Under the pieces are notes generated by a model. The model was not told the origin of the DNA, ran no database searches, and saw only the letters and a list, made by a program, of their open reading frames with translations. From an uncultured Gammaproteobacteria bacterium (GTDB lineage: Bacteria > Patescibacteriota > Patescibacteriia > Patescibacteriales > UBA12465): a stretch of 33,322 bases of DNA. Location: assembly GCA_964618575.1 (NCBI GenBank), contig CAZUDJ010000001.1, positions 4,443 to 37,764 on the forward strand, written 5' to 3'. Below, in pieces: positions 15,319 to 27,882 of the stretch (positions are counted from its first letter, which is position 1; every line of letters begins with the position of its first letter). Position numbers and translations under genes: made by a program.

Positions 15319-17656
15319 TATAATTCCAAACTGGGCCAACAACTATTACTTTATTTCTAGCCACCTGGTGAACTAGGACCATGAGTTTTAATTTTCTTAT
15401 ATCTTGCACCACTGCTTTGCCACCAAGATCTGAACTGTGCTTTAAAACATTGTCAGAGCTAGACTGTTTATCAACTTGATATCTCTTGGCAAAATCTCGC
15501 AATTGCTCAGCTTGAGTCTCATCTATAGACTCGCCCTGCAGCTCTTTAATAATTACAGCTTGCAACATTTTTAAATCTTCATCTATACTTTTAATTGTTT
15601 GAGCAGCTAAATTAACCTGTCGATTTAAACCTAGAGCTGAGAATGTGTCAGCTACCATATTATTTATCGCCAATAATTCATTGATAAGACTTAAATTAGG
15701 TTCAACATATATATTTTCATCTACACTAAAGGATGTATCTAAGGTGTTTCCCTCAAACATGGGAGTAAAAGAAAATCTATCTAGCGGTACTTGTAAATTT
15801 ACCCAAGCTGAAATGGCCGTATTTATTTTTTTCTCTTTCCAAAGATTAGAGCTAGCAAAAACTGGCATAGCTACATTATTATCAATTATAGATTTCATTA
15901 GACTAATAGTAGACCAGTAGTTTGATGTATGCCAAATACCATCTCGATTCAATTGATTAAGCAAAGTATCAGCCGATGATTTGTAGTTTAAATATTTAGA
16001 ATTTTCTACAAACAAATCGTTATCTCCCATCGGTGTAACTAAATTAGCAATATCTAAGGCGGTGCTGTTGCAGCGAACAAATTGATTACCTACTTTACAG
16101 GCGGTAATATTATTTGCACCTAAACTTGAGCCTTGATAGGGTCCTAGCTTTGGCCAAGTTAGATGAGAAAATATATAATCATTTGGCCAATAGGCACCGG
16201 TTAAAATCTTTAAGCCTATTTTCTTTGTGTTTTCTTTTTTACTCTTATCTATCGCTCCCCTAATTTCTGAAAAATCATAGCTAAGTAGCTGATTTTTTAA
16301 TTTTTCTAAATTTGAAATTTGCTCCTCATTTTGAGAACTAAATATTTTCTCTATATCATAATTATTACCAAAAAGAGCAATGAGAGAGTCTCTAAAATCG
16401 ACGTAATCTAACTCCTCGCGTAAACCTTGAAAGAATGCCATGAGCTTATATATAATTGCCCACTGTGACTTTAGATTATCATTAGTACTAAGGTCAGTAG
16501 ATATCAAGCTAGCCGCTACCATATTAATTCGCCAATCTTCTTGGTCCAATAAACAATCCGGGCAAGCTTCGCTACGATACTCAAGTGGGAATAAAGAACT
16601 AAGCCAAGCTGAGGCTAAAAAGAAATTATTTAACTTAGCATCTGACCTATACTCTTTGGGTACGGCAAACTCACTATAGTCACGGACATAACGAAGGTTA
16701 GGGGATTTATTCATATCTCTACCTGATTTTATAAGCTGAACTTCTTTTAAAACATCATCCCGCAAGTAAGTTGGGACAATAAAATTAAATTTCGCTACAT
16801 CACCTTCACTAAATTTGGTTTTATCCTCTATCGCTCCTTTTATAGCCACCTGATCTGGGGCTGGCTTTAAGAGCTCTAAAGATACTGCAAAAAATGCCAT
16901 CTCCATTCTTTGCCCTTCTAAGATTACGTCATTGATATTACCTATTGCTGCTAAACGATTTTCATACCTACTTTTAGATATCTCATACAACTTCTTATTT
17001 ATATTCCAGAGGTAGTCATAGAAAACTCCCTCCTCTATCTCTTTGTAGATTTGCTTCATCATGTTTTGATGATAGTAAACCATAAAGTCTGAGGTAATAA
17101 GAAGCGGTATTTGCTTTTCTTCTAAACGTTTATAGATAGCATAAAAATCATCTACTTCATTTTGCCAAGGGTTATCTAAAATAGCAAAGCCATTACTATT
17201 TAAATTGTCTATAACTGGATCTAAGTTTATTTTTCTAGACAGGGCATAATAATTAAAACCATCCACTTTAACATTGACAGGCAAAGAGTAGTCATTAATA
17301 TTAGTATTTAAACTATTATCTGGTGCTTCATAAAAATCAGAGAATGACAAATACTCAATATCTAAATCATTGGGATTAAAGTTAGGTGTCGAGGTGGCAC
17401 TGTCACCCTCACCCCCATTTAGATTTGGCAAAGTGTTGGGATCAGATGTATCTTCTTGCCCGGGAGTCTCAAATTCTATAGGGTCAATATTACTTTTTGA
17501 GCGCTTATTTATAAATACCGATGCTAAAACAATAAGCACTAACAAAATTAATACTAGAGAGCCAATAACTAAGGGTTTTTTAATATTTCTATTGCCCTCT
17601 CCGGAGAACTCATTGTCTCCACTTTCTGGTATTAATATATTATTCTCCTCAAACAT
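15305..17656 (-). CDS. Membrane-anchored 783-aa extracytoplasmic protein of unknown function (DUF3160-like)
   Basis: It has an N-terminal TM anchor (aa ~28-49, PLVIGSLVLILLVLIVLASVFI) and a Pro/Asn/Asp-rich spacer. The large domain carries two Cys pairs (CPDC; CKVGNQFVRC). Blocks LWKEKKINTAISAWVNL and IYVEPNLSLI resemble my recollection of DUF3160 (PF11369). This is unverified. Confidence 0.45.
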   Translation of the reverse strand: MFEENNILIPESGDNEFSGEGNRNIKKPLVIGSLVLILLVLIVLASVFINKRSKSNIDPIEFETPGQEDTSDPNTLPNLNGGEGDSATSTPNFNPNDLDIEYLSFSDFYEAPDNSLNTNINDYSLPVNVKVDGFNYYALSRKINLDPVIDNLNSNGFAILDNPWQNEVDDFYAIYKRLEEKQIPLLITSDFMVYYHQNMMKQIYKEIEEGVFYDYLWNINKKLYEISKSRYENRLAAIGNINDVILEGQRMEMAFFAVSLELLKPAPDQVAIKGAIEDKTKFSEGDVAKFNFIVPTYLRDDVLKEVQLIKSGRDMNKSPNLRYVRDYSEFAVPKEYRSDAKLNNFFLASAWLSSLFPLEYRSEACPDCLLDQEDWRINMVAASLISTDLSTNDNLKSQWAIIYKLMAFFQGLREELDYVDFRDSLIALFGNNYDIEKIFSSQNEEQISNLEKLKNQLLSYDFSEIRGAIDKSKKENTKKIGLKILTGAYWPNDYIFSHLTWPKLGPYQGSSLGANNITACKVGNQFVRCNSTALDIANLVTPMGDNDLFVENSKYLNYKSSADTLLNQLNRDGIWHTSNYWSTISLMKSIIDNNVAMPVFASSNLWKEKKINTAISAWVNLQVPLDRFSFTPMFEGNTLDTSFSVDENIYVEPNLSLINELLAINNMVADTFSALGLNRQVNLAAQTIKSIDEDLKMLQAVIIKELQGESIDETQAEQLRDFAKRYQVDKQSSSDNVLKHSSDLGGKAVVQDIRKLKLMVLVHQVARNKVIVVGPVWNYKESR

Positions 17657-17660
17657 AATA

Positions 17661-18602
17661 TTATTTTAAATATTTATTTTTGTAAGCTAAGTGCTCGGCG
17701 TAAGTTTTGGAAAAAAATATTTCACTCCCATCTCGTGTTGTCAAGAAATATGTATAGTCAGTAGGAATAGGATAAACCGCTGCCTCTATTGCCTTTAAAC
17801 TAGGATTACAAATTGGCGTTGGCGGTAAACCTTTATACATATAACTGTTATAAGGCGTGTCTACTTGTAACTCAGTGCTACTATGGGCGGGATTGTTATC
17901 GGAAAAATAATAGGAAAGAGTAGCATCTGATTGCAAAGCCATGCCAATTTTAAGTCTAGACCAGAAAATATCAGAAACAATTCTAGCCGATCTATTGTCA
18001 GTATCCTTATAATCTATCGGCGCTTCTTTTTCAATTAAAGAAGCCATGATAATAACATCATAAATTGTTTTTCCTTGACGTTTTATTTCTGCTCTTAGCT
18101 CATCATTTAATTTTTTATCAAAATTAGATAGCATTTTTAAAATCAAAGCCTCGCTGCTGGTGGCTTGCTTAAAAACGCGATAGGTGTCCGGAAACAAGAA
18201 ACCCTCTAAGCTGTAATGCTTTGGTTTAGTTTCCAAAAAATCAAATTTTTCCGAGTAGTCCGCTGGAAAGTCTTCTTCTTTTTTTTCACGATAATCTACC
18301 ATGGGTTCTCCAGCTAGTTTTTTAAAACTAATATCTAAGCCTGAGATATCTTCTAGATGTTTAGCTATAACATCTATGGTCCAACCCTCTAGCACTTTCA
18401 CATCCACCTCCTCTTTATAAACTATCGGGCTAGGTTTTTTTCTATTTTCTCTTTCTTCTATTTTACTCGCGATAAATTTAGGGAGTAAATGCTTATTAGG
18501 TCTAATTATTTTATGATAAATAATTGGGCTAAAGGCTAGCAGCAAAATTGCTCCTGCTATAATAATAGGATATTTAAGTGGTATAACTTTATATTCGCGC
18601 AT
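17661..18602 (-). CDS. mltG: Endolytic murein transglycosylase MltG (YceG-like)
   Basis: It has an N-terminal TM helix, then LEGFLFPDTY, IIMASLIEKEA, LQSDATLSY and YNSYMYKGLPPTPICNPS, which are the YceG/MltG signature blocks. Confidence 0.85.
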   Translation of the reverse strand: MREYKVIPLKYPIIIAGAILLLAFSPIIYHKIIRPNKHLLPKFIASKIEERENRKKPSPIVYKEEVDVKVLEGWTIDVIAKHLEDISGLDISFKKLAGEPMVDYREKKEEDFPADYSEKFDFLETKPKHYSLEGFLFPDTYRVFKQATSSEALILKMLSNFDKKLNDELRAEIKRQGKTIYDVIIMASLIEKEAPIDYKDTDNRSARIVSDIFWSRLKIGMALQSDATLSYYFSDNNPAHSSTELQVDTPYNSYMYKGLPPTPICNPSLKAIEAAVYPIPTDYTYFLTTRDGSEIFFSKTYAEHLAYKNKYLK

Positions 18603-19107
18603 TTGATTTTAGCTTATTTTTTAGATTTTTCTTTTTTAAGCTGGCTGCCTTAGCAATCATCTTAGAACTAGCTCTAATTTTTTCACCCAAACCATCTACC
18701 ATTTCTATGCCTAGCTCTTGGCAAATTGGATATTCAGGTACATCATTTAAACTTTTTCTGTCACCACCATTGGCGAAAACATCGGGCTTTAGCTTGGCTA
18801 AAGAAAGACAAACAGTCTTATCCTTATCTATAGCTAGAAAAGCACGATCGACATACCTAAGAGCTGAAATGATCTTTAATCTATCTGCCTCAGACATAAA
18901 AGGAACACTACCTTTTAATTTAACTTGCTTATCATTGTTTACTATAACAACCAACTCATCACCTATTTTACTGGCCATCTCTATCATCTCCAGATGCCCA
19001 ACATGAAGTGGATTAAAATAACCAGAAACAGCCACTACTCGTTTATTCTTTTTAGAGGCAATTTTATTTTTTTTAACTTTATTTTTCGGCTGAGAACTCT
19101 TTAGCAT
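18589..19107 (-). CDS. Cytidylyltransferase-fold nucleotidyltransferase (HxGH; TagD / RfaE-domain-II-like) with Lys-rich N- and C-terminal tails
   Basis: VAVSGYFNPLHVGHLEMIEMASKIGDELVVIVNNDKQ..LKG contains the HxGH motif of the CTP_transf_like family. ANGGDR resembles the KGGDY of RfaE-II. The sugar or alcohol phosphate substrate cannot be assigned. It overlaps mltG by 14 nt. Confidence 0.65.
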   Translation of the reverse strand: MLKSSQPKNKVKKNKIASKKNKRVVAVSGYFNPLHVGHLEMIEMASKIGDELVVIVNNDKQVKLKGSVPFMSEADRLKIISALRYVDRAFLAIDKDKTVCLSLAKLKPDVFANGGDRKSLNDVPEYPICQELGIEMVDGLGEKIRASSKMIAKAASLKKKNLKNKLKSNARI

Positions 19108-19138
19108 AGTAGAAAATTAATATAAATTAGATAATAAC

Positions 19139-19147
19139 ATTATACCA
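19139..19147 (-). promoter_or_regulatory. Extended -10 promoter of the NTase-mltG-DUF3160-like operon
   Basis: The minus strand reads TGGTATAAT (TGn + perfect TATAAT), 31 nt upstream of the ATG at 19107. There is no good -35, which is consistent with an extended -10 promoter. Confidence 0.45.
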
Positions 19148-19195
19148 AATATAGCGTTTAATTAAAACTAAAATATAAGCTCAGTTATAAAAAAA

Positions 19196-19215
19196 GTAGG
19201 TACGAAAGTACCTAC
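19196..19215 (-). terminator. Terminator hairpin downstream of groEL
   Basis: GTAGGTAC-GAAA-GTACCTAC is an 8-bp stem with a GNRA-like loop. It is flanked by AAAAAAA on the plus strand, which gives a U-run on the groEL transcript. Confidence 0.7.
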
Positions 19216-19246
19216 TTTTAATATATGACTCTAAATTCATTTATTT

Positions 19247-20914
<1,668 letters not shown>

Positions 20915-20937
20915 TTAATTAGTTAATAAATTAATTT

Positions 20938-21228
20938 TTATTCAATAATTGCGATAATATCGCTTTCATTTAAAACTAAATACTCCTCATCTTCTAGTTT
21001 AATTTCATCGGGCGAGTATTTTTTAAAAACTACCTGGTCACCAACCTTTACACTCATCTTTTGCAAATTGCCCTTATCTAATATTTTACCCGGTCCGCAG
21101 GCAAGCACCTCCCCCTTTTCAGGTTTCTCTTCCCCACTAGTACTAGCAAGTACTATGCCAGACTCTGTTTGCTCCTTAGCCTTACTTGGCTTAATGATAA
21201 CATTGTTGAATAATGGTTTTAGTTTCAT
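20938..21228 (-). CDS. groES: Co-chaperonin GroES (Cpn10)
   Basis: The 96-aa protein reads MKLKPLFNNVIIKP...ESGIVLA......G.VLACGPG...VKVGDQVVFKKY....IKLEDEEYLVL.ESDIIAIIE. It lies directly upstream of groEL. Confidence 0.95.
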   Translation of the reverse strand: MKLKPLFNNVIIKPSKAKEQTESGIVLASTSGEEKPEKGEVLACGPGKILDKGNLQKMSVKVGDQVVFKKYSPDEIKLEDEEYLVLNESDIIAIIE

Positions 21229-21258
21229 AGTTTTTTTGCTTAAATTAAATAAGATATA

Positions 21259-21285
21259 TTAGCAATCTAATAGCGTGACTGCTAA
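21259..21285. promoter_or_regulatory. CIRCE-like operator (HrcA binding site) upstream of groES
   Basis: TTAGCAATC-N9-GACTGCTAA compares with the CIRCE consensus TTAGCACTC-N9-GAGTGCTAA. The spacing is 9 nt with one mismatch to consensus per half-site, and the arms are complementary at 8 of 9 positions. It lies 10 nt downstream of the predicted -10 and 30 nt upstream of the groES ATG. Confidence 0.7.
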
Positions 21286-21295
21286 TTGCTTTAAT

Positions 21296-21324
21296 ATTTT
21301 AGTCTTTTAAGCTTCTTCTGTCAA
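21296..21324 (-). promoter_or_regulatory. Sigma-70-type promoter of groES-groEL
   Basis: The minus strand reads TTGACA (rc of 21319-21324) - 17 nt - TAAAAT (rc of 21296-21301). Confidence 0.6.
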
Positions 21325-21386
21325 GACCTTTATTTATCCCTGCGTTTAAGCTAAAATAGAGCTATATATAAACCTAACTTAATTAA

Positions 21387-22187
21387 ATGACAATATTACA
21401 ATCTATAATTTTAGGCTTAGTTGAGGGTTTAAGTGAATTTTTACCTATATCTTCTACTGCTCACTTAATAATAACTTCTGCCCTACTTAAGATTCCAGAA
21501 ACTGACTTTTTAAAAACTTTTCTTATCTCTATTCAACTAGGAGCTATCCTCTCTGTGGCTGTTTTGTATTTTAAGAAAGTAGTTCGTAATCCTAAAATAA
21601 TTCTAAAAATTATCGCCGCTACCATACCTACAGCTATAATCGGTCTTTTAGCTTACAGCTTTATTAAGGACTACCTCATGGAAAGCCTTACCACTATCGC
21701 CTCTGCCCTTATTCTTGGTGGTGTGGTTCTTATAATTTTAGAAAATAAATTTAAGAAAGATAAAGTAAAAAAAAGTGAGCTAGAGATTGTAGAAGAAGAT
21801 GATTTAAGCTCTATAAACTACAAACAATCAGTTTTAATCGGAATCTTTCAGTCATTAGCTATAGTTCCCGGCGTATCACGCTCAGCTGCCACTATTATGG
21901 GCGGTCTTTCACTTGGTATTAGTCGTAAAAATATAGTTGAGTTCTCATTCCTTATTGCCCTACCAACTATGTTAGGGGCCACAGTTCTAGACTTATATAA
22001 ATCTCCTCCGACAATAGGTCAAGCTGAGTTATTTATCTGGTTTATAGGTTTTTTTGTTTCCTTTGTTACCGCTATTTTTGGCATTAAATTCTTTCTTAAA
22101 TTTATTCAAAAAAATAACTTTATTCCTTTTGCCTGGTACCGTATTGCCCTTGGCAGTCTAGTTCTAATTGCCTTATTCTTATTTTAA
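21387..22187 (+). CDS. uppP: Undecaprenyl-diphosphate phosphatase (BacA/UppP)
   Basis: ILGLVEGLSEFLPISSTAHL and PGVSRSAATIMGG are the two conserved BacA motifs. The protein is polytopic and 266 aa long. Confidence 0.9.
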   Translation: MTILQSIILGLVEGLSEFLPISSTAHLIITSALLKIPETDFLKTFLISIQLGAILSVAVLYFKKVVRNPKIILKIIAATIPTAIIGLLAYSFIKDYLMESLTTIASALILGGVVLIILENKFKKDKVKKSELEIVEEDDLSSINYKQSVLIGIFQSLAIVPGVSRSAATIMGGLSLGISRKNIVEFSFLIALPTMLGATVLDLYKSPPTIGQAELFIWFIGFFVSFVTAIFGIKFFLKFIQKNNFIPFAWYRIALGSLVLIALFLF

Positions 22188-22227
22188 ATATAGAAAGCAC
22201 AAGATAGCTCAGTTTAAACTAAAAATA

Positions 22228-22257
22228 AAAACAGCAGTTTTAAATTACTGCTGTTTT
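22228..22257. terminator. Bidirectional terminator between uppP and atpC
   Basis: AAAACAGCAG-TTTTAAATTA-CTGCTGTTTT. The stem arms include A/T runs usable in both directions. Confidence 0.6.
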
Positions 22258-22296
22258 GATTTACTCTAAATATTTATTTTTAAACTATTACTGAGC

Positions 22297-22731
22297 TTAT
22301 TTCTTAAGGCGCCTCCATTTATAGATTGCCTTTTCTCGAGCTGCTAGTATCTCTAACTTCAAAGCGACAGCTGAGATATCATAGTTGTCTGAGTTCTCGG
22401 CTTTTATTTTTTCATCCTCTGCTTTCTTTTTGGCAGTGATTAGACTCTCTTCATTTAATTCTTTAGCCCTTTCCGCACTATCAGCTAGAATAACAATCTT
22501 ACCTCGCAATACTTCAATAAAACCACCAGAAACTGACATAATCTCAATTTCACCAGCTTCATTTTTAAGTTCTATAACACCTGACTTTAAAATAGAAACC
22601 AAAGGGATGTGGTCAGGCAAAACAGTAATTTCACCTTCTAAAGTTGGTACTGTAACCTGAGTGACGAGCTGTTCTAAAACAACCTTCTCCAAAGTTACAA
22701 TTTCAAATTTTATTGTTTTTGCGTCTGCCAT
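22297..22731 (-). CDS. atpC: F1 ATP synthase epsilon subunit
   Basis: FEIVTLEKVVLE....VTVPTLEGEITVLPDHIPLVSILKSGVIEL fits epsilon, and it holds the last position of the atp operon. Confidence 0.9.
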   Translation of the reverse strand: MADAKTIKFEIVTLEKVVLEQLVTQVTVPTLEGEITVLPDHIPLVSILKSGVIELKNEAGEIEIMSVSGGFIEVLRGKIVILADSAERAKELNEESLITAKKKAEDEKIKAENSDNYDISAVALKLEILAAREKAIYKWRRLKK

Positions 22732-22742
22732 AAATAATTATA

Positions 22743-25093
<2,351 letters not shown>

Positions 25094-25094
25094 A

Positions 25095-26615
25095 CTAACT
25101 TAAATACTCTAATGTTTGTTTGTAATTTTCTATAGTTGTCTTTATGATATTTTCCGTTTCCTCATCTAGCTCAGTTTTAGTTTCAAAAATCTTAGCTAAA
25201 TCACTATTTATATCAGCGTACTTGTAAAGATTAGCTTCAAATTCCTGAACCCTTTCTACCGGAACATTATCAAGATAGGAGTTAACTAAAGCGTAGTAAA
25301 TTAAGATTTGCTTATAAACTGGCAAGGGTTGATATTGGTCTTGTTTGAAAACCTCATAAAGTCTTTTACCTCTTTCTAGCTTAAAGCTTGTTTCCTCATC
25401 TAGGTCTGAGCCAAATTGTGAGAAAGCAGCTAGTTCTCTAAATTGAGCTGCTTCTAATCTCATCCTAGCACAAACCTTCTTCATGGCCTTAATCTGAGCC
25501 GAGGACCCCACACGAGATACTGATAGTCCGGCATTAATAGCTGGTCTGTTACCTTTATAAAATAGATCTGGTTCTAAGAAAATCTGACCATCGGTAATAG
25601 AAATAACGTTGGTAGGAATATAGGCAGAAATATCACCAGCCTGAGTTTCAATTATAGGTAAAGCAGTAATAGATCCTCCACCATGCTCTTCATTTAACTT
25701 ACAAGCTCTCTCTAATAATCTAGAATGGAGATAGAAAACATCACCCGGATAAGCTTCTCGGCCCGGTGGACGTCTAAGTAATAAGGATATTTCTCTGTAG
25801 GCAACTGCGTGGCGAGAAAGATCGTCATAGATAATTAAGGAATCCTCACCCTTAGCTAAGAAATATTCAGCAATAGCACAACCAGCGTAAGGAGAGATGT
25901 ATAACAATGATGCTGGGTTAGAAGCTCCGGCTAAAACTACTGTAGTATATTCCATAGCCCCAGACTCTTCTAACTTTTTAACTATCGCGGCTATCTTTGA
26001 CTCTTTTTGACCAATAGCAACATAAACGCACTTAACATTCTTCCCTTTCTGATTAATAATAGTATCAATTGCAAGGGCTGTTTTTCCAATCTGCCTATCA
26101 CCAATAATAAGTTCTCTTTGTCCTTTTCCAATCGGCACCATAGCATCTATCGCTTTAATGCCGGTTTGTAGTGGCTCATTTACTGACTGACGAGAAATAA
26201 CACCAGGCGCAATTCGCTCTACTGGATAAAACTCTGTTGTACTAGGTTTTCCCTTACCATCTAAAGCCTCACCTAAAGGATTTATAACTCTACCTAGTAA
26301 GGCATCGCCAACTGGAATAGAAAGAATTTGCTTAGTACAAACTACTTCATCGCCTTCTTTAATTAGCTTATGGTTTCCTAAGATAATCACACCCACTAAG
26401 CTTTCTTCAAGGTTTAAGGCTAGACCACTAACCTCTCCCCCCTTGGATTTAAAAATCAAAATTTCACTCATCATTGCCTCTTTTAGACCAGAAACAAGAG
26501 CAATACCGTCGGCAATTTTTAAAACTCGGCCCACGCTTTGTTCTTTTAATTCAACTTTAAAACCAGATATCTGGCGTTTTAATTCTTCAATAATGAAATC
26601 TTTTTTATTTCCCAT
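25095..26615 (-). CDS. atpA: F1 ATP synthase alpha subunit
   Basis: It has Walker [10 protein letters not shown], then [50 protein letters not shown]. Confidence 0.97.
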   Translation of the reverse strand: MGNKKDFIIEELKRQISGFKVELKEQSVGRVLKIADGIALVSGLKEAMMSEILIFKSKGGEVSGLALNLEESLVGVIILGNHKLIKEGDEVVCTKQILSIPVGDALLGRVINPLGEALDGKGKPSTTEFYPVERIAPGVISRQSVNEPLQTGIKAIDAMVPIGKGQRELIIGDRQIGKTALAIDTIINQKGKNVKCVYVAIGQKESKIAAIVKKLEESGAMEYTTVVLAGASNPASLLYISPYAGCAIAEYFLAKGEDSLIIYDDLSRHAVAYREISLLLRRPPGREAYPGDVFYLHSRLLERACKLNEEHGGGSITALPIIETQAGDISAYIPTNVISITDGQIFLEPDLFYKGNRPAINAGLSVSRVGSSAQIKAMKKVCARMRLEAAQFRELAAFSQFGSDLDEETSFKLERGKRLYEVFKQDQYQPLPVYKQILIYYALVNSYLDNVPVERVQEFEANLYKYADINSDLAKIFETKTELDEETENIIKTTIENYKQTLEYLS

Positions 26616-26623
26616 ATTTTTAT

Positions 26624-27025
26624 TTAATTACTAATCTGTTTTTCAAAATTAACTAGACTTTGTTTTAAACTTGCATCTATTACTTTATCATCATAGCGAA
26701 GGATAAAGCCACCCATCATGCTCTTGTCAATTTCTTCAGAAATACTAACATCACTTGCTCCTGACTTATTGGCCAAATACTTCTTCAAAATAGCGTCAGA
26801 AGATTTAGATAAAGGTCGGGCAGAAATGATTTCTATCTCTAGTAAACCTGAGGCTGACTTAATTAATCCATTGAAGGAATCTACAATTTTATCAACCAAA
26901 GCAAAATCATTATTTTTAATTAAGAATTTTAAAAAATCGTTTAAAACTCCTTTCACCTCTGCCTCTGATTTCTCAAAAGTTAAGTCAAATAGAGCCTGGC
27001 TATATTGTGAAACACTTATTTTCAT
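26624..27025 (-). CDS. atpH: F1 ATP synthase delta (OSCP) subunit, unusually short (133 aa)
   Basis: It sits between atpF and atpA. It starts YSQALFDL and ends [26 protein letters not shown] (consensus D.sliGG..i..gd.viD.S). About 45 aa of the usual N-terminal helical domain are absent. Confidence 0.7.
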   Translation of the reverse strand: MKISVSQYSQALFDLTFEKSEAEVKGVLNDFLKFLIKNNDFALVDKIVDSFNGLIKSASGLLEIEIISARPLSKSSDAILKKYLANKSGASDVSISEEIDKSMMGGFILRYDDKVIDASLKQSLVNFEKQISN

Positions 27026-27026
27026 A

Positions 27027-27524
27027 TTAAGACAAATCTTTAACTATTTTTTCAATCAGACTTTGGTCTTTCTCAGAATTCATATTTTCTTGCAAGAATT
27101 TCTCCAAACTAAGGCTTACTAGACCAGCCACCTCTTTCTTTACTTCACTTACCAGAGCCTCTCTCTTAGCTTCAATTTTTTTAAATTCACTCTCAGTTTT
27201 TTTTGCAATATCACTTTCTGCACTATTTACAATTTCTTGATATCTAATTTCAGCTTTCTTTTGGGCCTCTTCCATAAACTTGCTCGCTTCCCTTCTTGAG
27301 GCTGCAATAATTTCCTTACTCTCATTATTTGAGTCCTCTAATCTAATTTCTGCCTGACGAGCATCCTCTAATCCTTTCTCTATTTTCTCTCGTCTTTCTT
27401 CTAAAATTTTAAATATTGGCTTATAGGCAAAACGCCACAAAACAAAAATTAAGAGTGAAAAATTAAAGAATTGGGCAATTAAGATTCTAAGGTCTAATCC
27501 TAAGGCTTGTATTAAGCTATTCAT
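27027..27524 (-). CDS. atpF: Fo ATP synthase b subunit
   Basis: It has a single N-terminal TM (LIAQFFNFSLLIFVLWRFAYKPI) followed by a long charged coiled-coil. Operon position supports the call. Confidence 0.8.
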   Translation of the reverse strand: MNSLIQALGLDLRILIAQFFNFSLLIFVLWRFAYKPIFKILEERREKIEKGLEDARQAEIRLEDSNNESKEIIAASRREASKFMEEAQKKAEIRYQEIVNSAESDIAKKTESEFKKIEAKREALVSEVKKEVAGLVSLSLEKFLQENMNSEKDQSLIEKIVKDLS

Positions 27525-27540
27525 AATATTCCTAAATAAT

Positions 27541-27583
27541 TAAAAAACAAAAAAATCCACCCCTCTCTCTTTCAAGTGGTGGA
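27541..27583 (-). terminator. Terminator/attenuator-like hairpin between atpE (c) and atpF (b)
   Basis: The transcript reads TCCACC-(16 nt loop)-GGTGGA followed by TTTTTTTGTTTTTT. It lies in the 72-nt atpE-atpF gap. Confidence 0.5.
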
Positions 27584-27596
27584 CAAGTTTTGCCTT

Positions 27597-27824
27597 CTAA
27601 GCAAATAAAATAATAAGAGCGATAACTAGGGCATAAATTGCTGATGACTCCGTAATCGCCATAGCAACGAACATAATAGGAGTAATCTTCCCACTTGCCT
27701 CTGGATTACGGCCGATAGCCTCCAAAGCTTTTCCGGCGGCAATACCTTCACCGATAGCCGCGCCAATAGCACCGACACCAATCGCTAGTCCAGCGCCAAT
27801 AAATCTTGCTGCTTCCATTTCCAT
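27597..27824 (-). CDS. atpE: Fo ATP synthase c subunit (proteolipid)
   Basis: The 75-aa hairpin has a GxGxGxGxG helix 1, the loop RNPEA, and the helix-2 carboxylate in AITESSAIYALV. Confidence 0.95.
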   Translation of the reverse strand: MEMEAARFIGAGLAIGVGAIGAAIGEGIAAGKALEAIGRNPEASGKITPIMFVAMAITESSAIYALVIALIILFA

Positions 27825-27882
27825 ATTTTTTTTATTTAATAATTAAATTATATATTTATTATATTGTAACTATAAAACTAAG

